A DNA stretch of 49,318 bases from the IMG/VR virus record IMGVR_UViG_3300046789_000005, positions 1 to 49,318 of that record; one strand, given 5' to 3'. The position numbers and the translations under genes are program-made. The notes below the pieces were generated by a model. That model had not been told where the DNA came from, searched no databases, and was given only the letters and a program-made list of their open reading frames with translations. Numbering within the stretch: the first letter of the stretch is position 1; every line of letters begins with the position of its first letter. Below, in pieces: positions 35,112 to 43,832 of this stretch. This DNA is from a virus. Its lineage: Duplodnaviria > Caudoviricetes.

Positions 35112-38030
35112 ATGATGGGTGCGGAGGTGCTCATGGACCGGTTCTACAACGAGCGCGCGGCTGCCTGGGCACGCGACCTCGTGATGAAGATGGACGAGGG
35201 CGAGGCACAGGAGTTCGTCAAGCACGTCACTCGTGCGGTCCTGCTGGAGGACATCGCCAACAACCAGCGCACCATCGACGCGCACGTGATGGAGATCCAG
35301 AAGTCGCTGCTGTACGCAGCGGACCGAGTGGTCTCCAAGGGAAGGCTCTCCCCGGTGGACGTCGTCGTGGACGTCTCCAAGGCCTTCGACCCAAATCGTC
35401 CTCGTGACGCGCATGGGCAGTTCTCTAGGACTGAGTCTCGGCATGGCAAGAAGCTGCAGCGCAAGGCACGCAAGCTCTCTGCTGCGGAGCAGAAGGCGTA
35501 CTTCAACCTGGTCGCCACACTGAACTCTCGCGGGGCGCAGGCCTCGCAGTTCTCCAACAGCTGGCTCGACGCAGGCCGGGACACTCCGGGGACCAACGAC
35601 CGCACCTACCGGCGCATCCAGAGCGGTTCCCAGCTGCTCGGTGACGTGACCACCGGTCCTGGTGGAGTCCCTCTGCCTGGCATGGGCAAGGTGGCCACGG
35701 CTGCCAAGTTCGGTGAGTTCGTCGGCCGGTACGGTCCTGAGGCCGAGAAGGTCATCGGCCCGCACGCGCGCAAGACTGCCTACCGCTACCGGGGTACCGA
35801 GCGCACTCCGGACTCTGAGCTGATCGGCATGCGCAACGACCGGGTCAAGGCCTTCGCTGTGCCGGAGAGCGATCTGTCTGTGCAGCAGATCGCTGCACGC
35901 CGTGCGCTGGGTCCGGCTGCCGGGGTGAGCCCCGAGCAGAAGATCAACGCTTCGGTGACGGCTGCCACCACCTACCTGGGACGTCGGCTGCCTTCACTGC
36001 GGCTGGCAGAGATCCAGACCAAGTCGGGCAAGATCCCGCCGTCCGAGGGCGTCATCGTCGACCGGGACGGCAAGGTCAGCCACCAGGCCATCGGCTTCGC
36101 GGAGGACCACTACCTGCCGTTCAACCTCAAGAACCTGTCCGACCTCAAGGACGGCACCTACGTGCGCACACGCACCAAGGGCGGGCTGAGCACCGAGGAC
36201 ATCTACACCGGCCTGGTCTCTGGTGCTCGTGAGGTCACCGTGGTGTCCAACTCTGGTGTGTTCACCATCGAGTTCGAGGACGACTTCCGTGGCGTGCGCC
36301 GGTTCAACGACAAGGCCGCTGGCATGGTCGACCGCTACGCCAAGACGCTGGACGCCATCAAGCACGGGGAGATCGAGCGCGAGCCGCTGTCCCCGGAGGA
36401 GAAGGCCTACGTCCGTTCCGAGGTGGAGGCAGAGTACGCGGGGATGCCTCGTCGAGAGATCGAAGAGGAGATCACCAGCCGGATCAAGGAGCAGCGCAGC
36501 GACACCTCCCTGTCGGAGCGCGAGCTGAAGCTGATCGACGCCCAGGCTGGGGCCATGGCAGGGGCAGGGGATCGAGGTGCTCGGGACGTCAACCGGGTCC
36601 GTCAGGATCTGATCGACGATGCCACCGAGGCCAAGCGCACCCGGATGTACCAGCTCGACGGTGAGGGCTACGCAGCGGCGATGGAGTCGCTCAAGGAGCA
36701 GTACCCGTACTACATCAAGTCCGTCTCCTTCATGACCAAGCGCCAGGCGATGGGTCACGACGGGGAGCGTTCGGACAAGGGCTTCCAGGGCGGCATCCCG
36801 GACCGGCAGGGTCGGCTCAAGCAGTTCACCACTGCTACCGACTCGGGCTACGTCAAGGCGCGGCACAACCGCCCGGATGACGTCAAGGAGGGCTACTACG
36901 ACACCACCATCGCGGGTACCGGCAAGCAGAACGCCTCCACCACCAACTACCAGAACTGGGAGCACAACCCGCTGCGTGGCGGTCTGCGCCCGGTCGAGGG
37001 TGGGCAGACCAAGGTCCCGGAGGCCAGGGCTGGCTCTGCTCTGCAGCAGGCTCGCCAGGAGCGCGCCAAGATCCAGGTCGAGCGCAGCCACAAGCAGGCG
37101 CTGCAGAGCGTGCTCACCGCGTACAGCGGGGTGAACCTCAACGGTGCTCACCCGATCATCGCGCGAGCGGTGAGTGACTACGACGCTGTCTACGCCGACC
37201 CGGCTACCCGCAAGGATCTGGAGACCGCCCTGCTGGCAGTGCACGAGGGCATCGCCAAGCAGCCCGATACGGCATCGTTCGCGCAGGCCAACGAGGCTGC
37301 GGTGCGCGCGCTGAAGACGGAGTCCGGTCGTAGCGGTGGCATCCCCTGGACCAGGGAGCACCTGGGTACCAAGGGCGCGTCGCCGTACTCCTTCTCCGAG
37401 CCCGCCTACCAGATCGGTGCGCAGGGCAGCACCGTGACGAAGGAGATGAACAAGCACCTGGCCACCCTGCGCACAGGTGGCATCACCGACCCGGAGAAGC
37501 TCAACGACGGTCAGCTGGCATCCATCGCTGTGTCGTCGGGCATCATGGCCAACGTGCTGAGCCAGGGCACTCTCGGGGACCGTGGCAAGCACGAGCTGGC
37601 TCAGCTCGCTGTCGAGATCGGTGCGCCGGAGGGCTGGGAGGGATCGCAGATCCGGCACATCGAGAACTCCGACGACCCGGCCAAGGAGGCAGCTAAGTGG
37701 GCTGCCAAGGCCGAGGCCGCCGAGCGTATTCGTCGGCTCATCGTCAACGGGGTGCCTGCTGAGTACGGCGCAGGGGTGGCACCGCCCGTGCCTGTGCCCA
37801 AGCAGCTGCCCAAGACGCTGTCTGCGCCTGAGGCGGCGGACATGCTGAAGAACGCTGCCAAGGAGATCGAAGACCCGCCCGAGCAGGACGACTGGCACAA
37901 GATGGCGCTGCTCATGCAGAAGGGTCAGATCGGGGAGGCACGCAAGCTCGCCCAGGCACTCAACGAGAACGACCCCACGCGGCAGGGGCTGCTCAAGGTC
38001 GTCTTCCCGGACATCGATGAGCCCTGGTGA
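35112..38030 (+). CDS. large head-associated, polyvalent-like protein (972 aa)
   Basis: VSKAFDPNRPRDAHGQF motif; JAB-like segment; directly before MuF. Confidence 0.75.
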   Translation: MMGAEVLMDRFYNERAAAWARDLVMKMDEGEAQEFVKHVTRAVLLEDIANNQRTIDAHVMEIQKSLLYAADRVVSKGRLSPVDVVVDVSKAFDPNRPRDAHGQFSRTESRHGKKLQRKARKLSAAEQKAYFNLVATLNSRGAQASQFSNSWLDAGRDTPGTNDRTYRRIQSGSQLLGDVTTGPGGVPLPGMGKVATAAKFGEFVGRYGPEAEKVIGPHARKTAYRYRGTERTPDSELIGMRNDRVKAFAVPESDLSVQQIAARRALGPAAGVSPEQKINASVTAATTYLGRRLPSLRLAEIQTKSGKIPPSEGVIVDRDGKVSHQAIGFAEDHYLPFNLKNLSDLKDGTYVRTRTKGGLSTEDIYTGLVSGAREVTVVSNSGVFTIEFEDDFRGVRRFNDKAAGMVDRYAKTLDAIKHGEIEREPLSPEEKAYVRSEVEAEYAGMPRREIEEEITSRIKEQRSDTSLSERELKLIDAQAGAMAGAGDRGARDVNRVRQDLIDDATEAKRTRMYQLDGEGYAAAMESLKEQYPYYIKSVSFMTKRQAMGHDGERSDKGFQGGIPDRQGRLKQFTTATDSGYVKARHNRPDDVKEGYYDTTIAGTGKQNASTTNYQNWEHNPLRGGLRPVEGGQTKVPEARAGSALQQARQERAKIQVERSHKQALQSVLTAYSGVNLNGAHPIIARAVSDYDAVYADPATRKDLETALLAVHEGIAKQPDTASFAQANEAAVRALKTESGRSGGIPWTREHLGTKGASPYSFSEPAYQIGAQGSTVTKEMNKHLATLRTGGITDPEKLNDGQLASIAVSSGIMANVLSQGTLGDRGKHELAQLAVEIGAPEGWEGSQIRHIENSDDPAKEAAKWAAKAEAAERIRRLIVNGVPAEYGAGVAPPVPVPKQLPKTLSAPEAADMLKNAAKEIEDPPEQDDWHKMALLMQKGQIGEARKLAQALNENDPTRQGLLKVVFPDIDEPW

Positions 38031-40084
38031 GCGTCGAGGCCGTCGATCCACTCTTCGACGTCTTCACCGACAACGAGGAGCGGCTCGCTGAGTCCATCCG
38101 GGTAGATGGCGCGCGCGCGGACACCCTGAAGAAGGTGGGTGGCGCGCTGGCTGCTGCCTTCTTCCTCTACCGGCTCTACATGCGTCGTCGGCTGACGGAG
38201 GAGGCTGCGGCCCGGGATCGTCCACTGACCCAGCACTCGCTGTACGAGCTGAACTCCAAGATCTTCACTACTGGCTGGGCGCGGCTCGCCTGGACCATGG
38301 CACCGGCGATCATCTCGGGCTACCGACAAGGGCTGCTGGAGCTGGGTACCGGGAACTACTCCCAGGGCTGGGTGCAGATCGCTGCAGAGCAGTACGCCCT
38401 GGACCTGGCGGAGAGTCTGCACGAGACCAGTAGTGAGGCGATGGTGCAGGGCGTGCAGGGCCAGATCAACCGGCGCGTCACCCAGCGCAAGGTGATCGAC
38501 AACGTCATCGACGCCTTCGGGGTTCCCCCGCGCACGATGAACGCGCTGGTGAACGTCTGGCTGCAGGAGCCTGAGCGGATGCTCTCCAGCCAGCCCGGGC
38601 GCAACCCGATCAAGGACCGAGCAGACTCCATCGTGGCGCGAGCCCTGGCGGACCGGGCCAGGAACATCGGGCAGACCGAGGCCTACGCGGTGAAGAACGC
38701 CGCCAAGTCCATCGTCTGGCTCTACATGCAGCAGGAGGGTCAGCTGCCCAAGGACGCCACCAAGATGTGGGTCACTGCCAAGGACGAGCGCACCTGCCCG
38801 GTGTGCGCCCCGCTGCACATGGTTCAGGTGCCGCTGGACGCCAAGTTCTCTACCGCACAGGGCGAGGTCTGGGCACCGTCGCTGCACCCACGCTGCCGGT
38901 GCAACATCGTGCTGCGTGGCGCTGTGCAGGTCTTCGACTCTGGTGAGTACCTGGAGGAGATGGCACCGCGCGAGCTCGAACTGGCCAAGAGCGTCTGGGG
39001 CGTGGTGTCCAAGGCTCGTGCGGGAGACCCGTACGACCGGGACCGCTCGGGCAAGTTCGCCACTACCGAGCAGCGCAGGCTGCGTCAGGTGGCCTACAAG
39101 GAGCCGGAGCCCACGACGCTGCCCGAGGTGACCGAGGGGGAGCCGGAGGACGTGCTCACTCTGGACCAGATCTTCACGCGCTTCGGAGCCACCCTCAAGC
39201 CAGTGGAGCTGGCCAAGCCACCCTCGCTGGTCAGCCTCAAGCCGGTCTCTCTGCAGAATCCAACGCTGCAGCTACAGTCCCCAGAGCTCAGCAAGCCCGC
39301 GCTCAAGCAGACCTCCCTGAAGGGTGTCTCCCTGAAGGGCCCTTCGCTGAGCAACCGGATCAAGTTCCCTTCGATGGCCGAACTCAGGGAGCAGCAGCCA
39401 GACCTCGATCTGGAGGAGAACGAGAACTGGAAGCCGCTGCGTGACCCGGTGTTCGGACTGTTCCTGCACCAGGACCCGAGCTTCGATGGGGATCACTCCC
39501 TGCTGCTGGCGGATCGTGGCACGTTCTTCTACCCGCATGACGATGACGACAGCACCCTGCAGAACCAACTGGGTGAGTACTGGGAAGACGCTGTGTTCAG
39601 AGACCTGCCGGACCGCTTCCTACAGGAGCCAGGCTGGGAAGAGGGCTCTGAAGACGAGGACTACTTCGACGCCACAGCTCAGATCCCCGATGGCACCGGT
39701 GGCTACTACACGATGACCTACGAGGAGTACGCGGACATCTGGATGGACGCCATCTCCGGTGCTGATAGCCACGACTCCTACAAGCTGGCTCTGCCGTACA
39801 AGGTCAACTCCACCTTCCTGCCGTTCACCAAGGAGATCGACTCCAGGCACGCCGCCAAGCTGCTGGGCATCACTGAAGAGGTCGACTTCCTGATGCCTAC
39901 CGTGGGCGTGACGAACTGGAAGAGCACCAGCGCGGAGGAGTACAAGCGCGGAGTGTTCACCAACCCCGGCAAGTGGCGCATCACCGGTGGCATCCGGGAC
40001 AACACCAAGGCCTTCCTGGGTCGGGACCAGCCGCTGCCCTACAAGATGGTGTTCGTCGAGCCGGACGACCTGTTCCCTGACTAG
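38027..40084 (+). CDS. MuF-like head morphogenesis protein with C-terminal extension
   Basis: KMWVTAKDERTCPVC...LHPRCRC, then about 390 further aa. Confidence 0.85.
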   Translation: MSVEAVDPLFDVFTDNEERLAESIRVDGARADTLKKVGGALAAAFFLYRLYMRRRLTEEAAARDRPLTQHSLYELNSKIFTTGWARLAWTMAPAIISGYRQGLLELGTGNYSQGWVQIAAEQYALDLAESLHETSSEAMVQGVQGQINRRVTQRKVIDNVIDAFGVPPRTMNALVNVWLQEPERMLSSQPGRNPIKDRADSIVARALADRARNIGQTEAYAVKNAAKSIVWLYMQQEGQLPKDATKMWVTAKDERTCPVCAPLHMVQVPLDAKFSTAQGEVWAPSLHPRCRCNIVLRGAVQVFDSGEYLEEMAPRELELAKSVWGVVSKARAGDPYDRDRSGKFATTEQRRLRQVAYKEPEPTTLPEVTEGEPEDVLTLDQIFTRFGATLKPVELAKPPSLVSLKPVSLQNPTLQLQSPELSKPALKQTSLKGVSLKGPSLSNRIKFPSMAELREQQPDLDLEENENWKPLRDPVFGLFLHQDPSFDGDHSLLLADRGTFFYPHDDDDSTLQNQLGEYWEDAVFRDLPDRFLQEPGWEEGSEDEDYFDATAQIPDGTGGYYTMTYEEYADIWMDAISGADSHDSYKLALPYKVNSTFLPFTKEIDSRHAAKLLGITEEVDFLMPTVGVTNWKSTSAEEYKRGVFTNPGKWRITGGIRDNTKAFLGRDQPLPYKMVFVEPDDLFPD

Positions 40085-40106
40085 CACCCGTCTGGATGAT
40101 GAGGAC

Positions 40107-41069
40107 ATGGCACTGACCCCAGTAGACGGCTACGCAGACATCGCTGCTGCGCTGTACGGCGATGGTGCCTGGGAGATCGTCAAGGCCAAGACCCTGACGC
40201 CCGCACAGCAGCAGGCCAAGCGTGAGCGCACCCAGGCCAAGGTGGGCCTGGCTTCCAACGTGGTGGGCCTGGGTGCTGGCATCGCAGGCACCGCCTCTGC
40301 ACTGCGTGATGACCGGTTCGGGCCGAAGAAGAACCCGCACGGCGGGCGGCTCGCGCACGGCATCTACAACGCCGCCAAGAAGATCCCGGAGCCCATCTCT
40401 GGTCGAACAGGCAAGGTCGGTGCGGCTCTGGCGGGAGGGGCACTAGGCCTACAGGTCGCCAACATCGCCGGTGACGCCGTGGCCAACCGAGTGCTCTCGC
40501 GCGGGGCGAAGGACAAGCCCAAGAAGCTCAAGCCGATCACCAAGGGCTTCTTCAAGAAGAAGGAAGCCAAGGACCGGCCGAAGGCCAAGCTCGTGCGTGT
40601 CGGACTGGCAGCTGGTACGGCTGCAGGCATCGCCGCTACAGAGCAGGCCAAGAAGGAGATCGGTAAGGACGTCGACTTCGTCATCAAGGGCGAGATCTCC
40701 AAGTCCAACGACAAGCGCCAGGTGTTCGGCTGGGCTTCGGTAGTCGAACTCAACGGCGAGCCCATCGTGGACCTGCAGGGCGACTACATGGCCATCGACG
40801 TGATCGAGAAGGCGGCCTACGACTACGTGCACAGCAGCCGTCGTGGTGGGGACATGCACCAGGTGGGCAGCCACGCCTCGGACCTGATCGAGTCGTTCAT
40901 CGTGACGCCGGAGAAGAAGGCTCAGCTCAACCTCCCCGACGAGATGCCGGTGGGCTGGTGGGTCGGCTTCCAGGTCAACGACGACAAGGTCTGGGAGATG
41001 GTCAAGGACGGCAAGCGACCTGAGTTCTCCATCCATGGCTCCGGCCAGCGAGTCGATGTGGAGATCTGA
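40107..41069 (+). CDS. XkdF-type prohead protease with N-terminal extension
   Basis: KRQVFGWASV, DLQGD, GDMH, LIESF, GWWVGFQV, VKDG..FSIHG. Confidence 0.85.
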   Translation: MALTPVDGYADIAAALYGDGAWEIVKAKTLTPAQQQAKRERTQAKVGLASNVVGLGAGIAGTASALRDDRFGPKKNPHGGRLAHGIYNAAKKIPEPISGRTGKVGAALAGGALGLQVANIAGDAVANRVLSRGAKDKPKKLKPITKGFFKKKEAKDRPKAKLVRVGLAAGTAAGIAATEQAKKEIGKDVDFVIKGEISKSNDKRQVFGWASVVELNGEPIVDLQGDYMAIDVIEKAAYDYVHSSRRGGDMHQVGSHASDLIESFIVTPEKKAQLNLPDEMPVGWWVGFQVNDDKVWEMVKDGKRPEFSIHGSGQRVDVEI

Positions 41070-42181
41070 TGCCCGGGGACTGGAAGACCATCCAGCAGCG
41101 TGAGCTGAAGGCGCGGGGCGCGCGCAAGAAGCAGAACCGCTCCATCGCCCTGATCGGTGGTGGCGGGTCTGTGATCACTGCTGGCTATGCGCTGGGTGGC
41201 AGTTCCAGGACAGCGGGCATGCTGATCAACGACCTGGCACGCGCAGGGAAGGCTGGGGCGACGTATCCCCGTGCTGCGCGCGAGATGGGTGGCAGCAGGG
41301 GAGAGACCCTGCGTGCCGCTGGTCGTGGGGCGAAGGTCGGCAGCCGGTATGCCCTGCATGCCATCGGCCGCAACCCTACGGGCGCGCTGCTGCTCGGTGG
41401 CGCGGGGATGGTAGGCGCTGGCGCTGGGGGCTGGGGTACCCAGCGTGGGGTGGAGGCCTACCACCAGCACAAGATCAACCAGCGTCGCCGTCGCCGGGTG
41501 AAGAAGTCCCTGGTCGTGCCCTGGGAGATCACTGTGGTGGAGAAGGGCACGCTGGGCCAGGCCTCACGGATGGCGAACATGGGCAAGAAGGGCGCGATCA
41601 AGGCGCCCAACACCAAGCCCACCGGCAAGACCGCGCCTGGCCAGAAGTCCCGGATGGACGCCGTGAAGATGAAGGGCAAGGGCGGCAAGCCGAACTGGGC
41701 CAACCGTGAGCCCGGTCCGGTGGGTCCCCTGCTGGACATGAAGGACAACGGCTTCGACACGCTGCACCAGAGTGCTGGTGGCAGCAAGTCGCTGATCCCC
41801 ACGCGCACGATCTCCAGCGAGGGTGGCGGGCGGAAGAAGTCGAACTGGAAGCTGCCTGCCTCCCTGGGTGTCGCTGGCGGCATCATGGCAGGCGTCGGAG
41901 CCAGCGTCGCGCAGCACGAGACCGCACCCAAGCGGAAGGTCAGCAAGGGCCTGGCCCAGACCCTGGGCAAGCCGGGTACTGGTGCGCTCAAGCCGGTGCG
42001 TCCGAACCGGCCCACTGGCGGACCCAAGATGGCTCGACCTCCGACAGCACAGACCGGGGCCAAGCCGATGACTGGCCCTAAGCCAGTCACTCCGCAGGTA
42101 GGCCCGCCAGCTACCCTGCGACCGCCGTCCATGATGCCTCCCAAGCCGGGAGCACCACAGCAGCAAGCACGACCGAGATGA
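41069..42181 (+). CDS. basic Gly-rich modular head-region protein
   Basis: Hydrophobic Gly-zipper segments; VKKS, VEKG, VSKG sites. Confidence 0.75.
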   Translation: MPGDWKTIQQRELKARGARKKQNRSIALIGGGGSVITAGYALGGSSRTAGMLINDLARAGKAGATYPRAAREMGGSRGETLRAAGRGAKVGSRYALHAIGRNPTGALLLGGAGMVGAGAGGWGTQRGVEAYHQHKINQRRRRRVKKSLVVPWEITVVEKGTLGQASRMANMGKKGAIKAPNTKPTGKTAPGQKSRMDAVKMKGKGGKPNWANREPGPVGPLLDMKDNGFDTLHQSAGGSKSLIPTRTISSEGGGRKKSNWKLPASLGVAGGIMAGVGASVAQHETAPKRKVSKGLAQTLGKPGTGALKPVRPNRPTGGPKMARPPTAQTGAKPMTGPKPVTPQVGPPATLRPPSMMPPKPGAPQQQARPR

Positions 42182-42188
42182 GGACGTC

Positions 42189-42536
42189 ATGAGCACATCC
42201 GCCTGGGGCGTGGAGCATGGCTCCGAGATCTCCAAGCTCGACGAGAAGAAGTACGCCGCTCGGCAGGGCGCGCTGGGTGCCGTAGGCCTGGGCTGGGCCG
42301 GTGCCGCTGCCAGCTCCAAGAAGGGCCGCAAGTTCAGGAATGCGGGACGGTCCTGGGGTTCTGAGGTGGCGTATGGCACTGGTGGCGGAGTCGCCGGTGT
42401 ACTCGCCGGAGCAGCGACCAAGAACCCCAAGGTGAGTCAAGTCGCCACCAGGGCCGGTGGCCTGGCTGGCGGGATCTACGGCGCACACCGTGCCGGTGTG
42501 AACGCCCACCGTCGAGGAGACATCAAGTCGTCATGA
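42189..42536 (+). CDS. SAWG-leader Gly-zipper protein
   Basis: MSTSAWGVEHGSEISK. Confidence 0.78.
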   Translation: MSTSAWGVEHGSEISKLDEKKYAARQGALGAVGLGWAGAAASSKKGRKFRNAGRSWGSEVAYGTGGGVAGVLAGAATKNPKVSQVATRAGGLAGGIYGAHRAGVNAHRRGDIKSS

Positions 42537-43789
42537 CCTGGACCGACAAGCAGCTACGCGCGCACAAGAAGGCTTCTGCTGGCCTGTCTGTGGCGACCTC
42601 CACCATGGGCATCGCTGCCCTGGGAGCGGTCGGTGCGCGCGCGGGTGCGGGTCGAGCAGTCAAGGTGGCGCAGCGTGCTGGTCGGCTCAAGCACGTCACG
42701 CCCGATCAGGTGAAGGCCTTCCGGGGCAAGTCCACCGGCATCTCTGCCGGACTGACCACGGGGTCGGCCGGTCTCGGTGGCGTCGGCGGGTACAACTACG
42801 CAGCCATCCAGAACGCTGAGTCCAAGAGGAGTGTCAAGAAGATGGATGACGGTCTGGGCATCTGGAAGGCCATGACACCGGAGCAGCGCAAGATCAACCG
42901 CTCCAACGCCAAGATCACTCAGGAGCACACCCAGAAGCATGTGATGCGTGGGCTCGGTGCTGGCCTGGCTGGTGGTGCTGCTGGCGCGGCCATCGCCGTG
43001 AATCCGCGCGCAGTCAAGAGCATCGCGCGCTCTGCGCAGTACGGAGTCAAGGCGGGCAAGCACTTCTATGCGGCGAGCAAGCCCGCACCGGGAGTCGCGC
43101 GCATCGGCAACCCCGGGCTGAGGACCAGGGCAGCCGATGCTGCCAGCAGCGCCCGGGTGCAGCGCAGCCGACTGCGCAGCGCAACCATCGGTGGCGCACA
43201 CATGGCACGTGCCACGCGCGAGCACACGCGAGGGGGGACGGTGTTCAATCGCTCGGGCTACAACCCATACACCTCCACTGCTGCTGTGGTCGGTGGGATG
43301 TGGGGTGGCACGGCTGGCGCGAACGCTGGAGAGAAGTACGGACGTAGGCAGGCCAAGAAGGACCCTCGCTACCAGCACTCCGGAGGGGTGACGAAGAACA
43401 TGAGCGACCTGGACATGGGGCTGGGCTGGGTTCTCCAGGGCCCCGAGGAGATCGAGAAGGCGTACAGCCCGGAGCGCAAGCGCATGCGTCGGCTGGACAC
43501 CTATCAGACCGGTGCGAACATCGGCGCGGGTGCCCTGGGCGCAGGCGCGGTGGGCGCTGGCATCGGCACCCATCGCAAGGTACTGCGCGCGGTGAAGCGC
43601 ACCCCTGGCGGCAAGAACACGTACCTCAAGCTCACCGGCCTCGGTGCCAAGGGCGGTGCAGGTCGCGGCGCAGCCGTCACCGCAGCACTGGGCATCGGTG
43701 CGGTCGGAGCAGCTGTCGGAGCCGACCGAATCCAGCGCTACAAGCGTGGCAATGGGCGCTCTTACAAGCCGCTTCACGGGCAGATCTGA
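42533..43789 (+). CDS. basic Gly-zipper modular protein
   Basis: Three pairs of GxxxG hydrophobic segments separated by VKKM, IWKA, VTKN, IEKA. Confidence 0.75.
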   Translation: MTWTDKQLRAHKKASAGLSVATSTMGIAALGAVGARAGAGRAVKVAQRAGRLKHVTPDQVKAFRGKSTGISAGLTTGSAGLGGVGGYNYAAIQNAESKRSVKKMDDGLGIWKAMTPEQRKINRSNAKITQEHTQKHVMRGLGAGLAGGAAGAAIAVNPRAVKSIARSAQYGVKAGKHFYAASKPAPGVARIGNPGLRTRAADAASSARVQRSRLRSATIGGAHMARATREHTRGGTVFNRSGYNPYTSTAAVVGGMWGGTAGANAGEKYGRRQAKKDPRYQHSGGVTKNMSDLDMGLGWVLQGPEEIEKAYSPERKRMRRLDTYQTGANIGAGALGAGAVGAGIGTHRKVLRAVKRTPGGKNTYLKLTGLGAKGGAGRGAAVTAALGIGAVGAAVGADRIQRYKRGNGRSYKPLHGQI

Positions 43790-43832
43790 TGGGTGTTGCG
43801 CTCATCTGCAGACTGATAGCGAGGTAGGAAAC

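Noticed and set aside
35994-38051. Long opposite-strand ORFs (685 aa here; also 15293-16447, 23226-24284, 42554-43777, 43677-44738, and 434-1456 on +)
   Set aside because: Antisense shadows of real genes, expected in high-GC coding DNA; no motifs or RBS support
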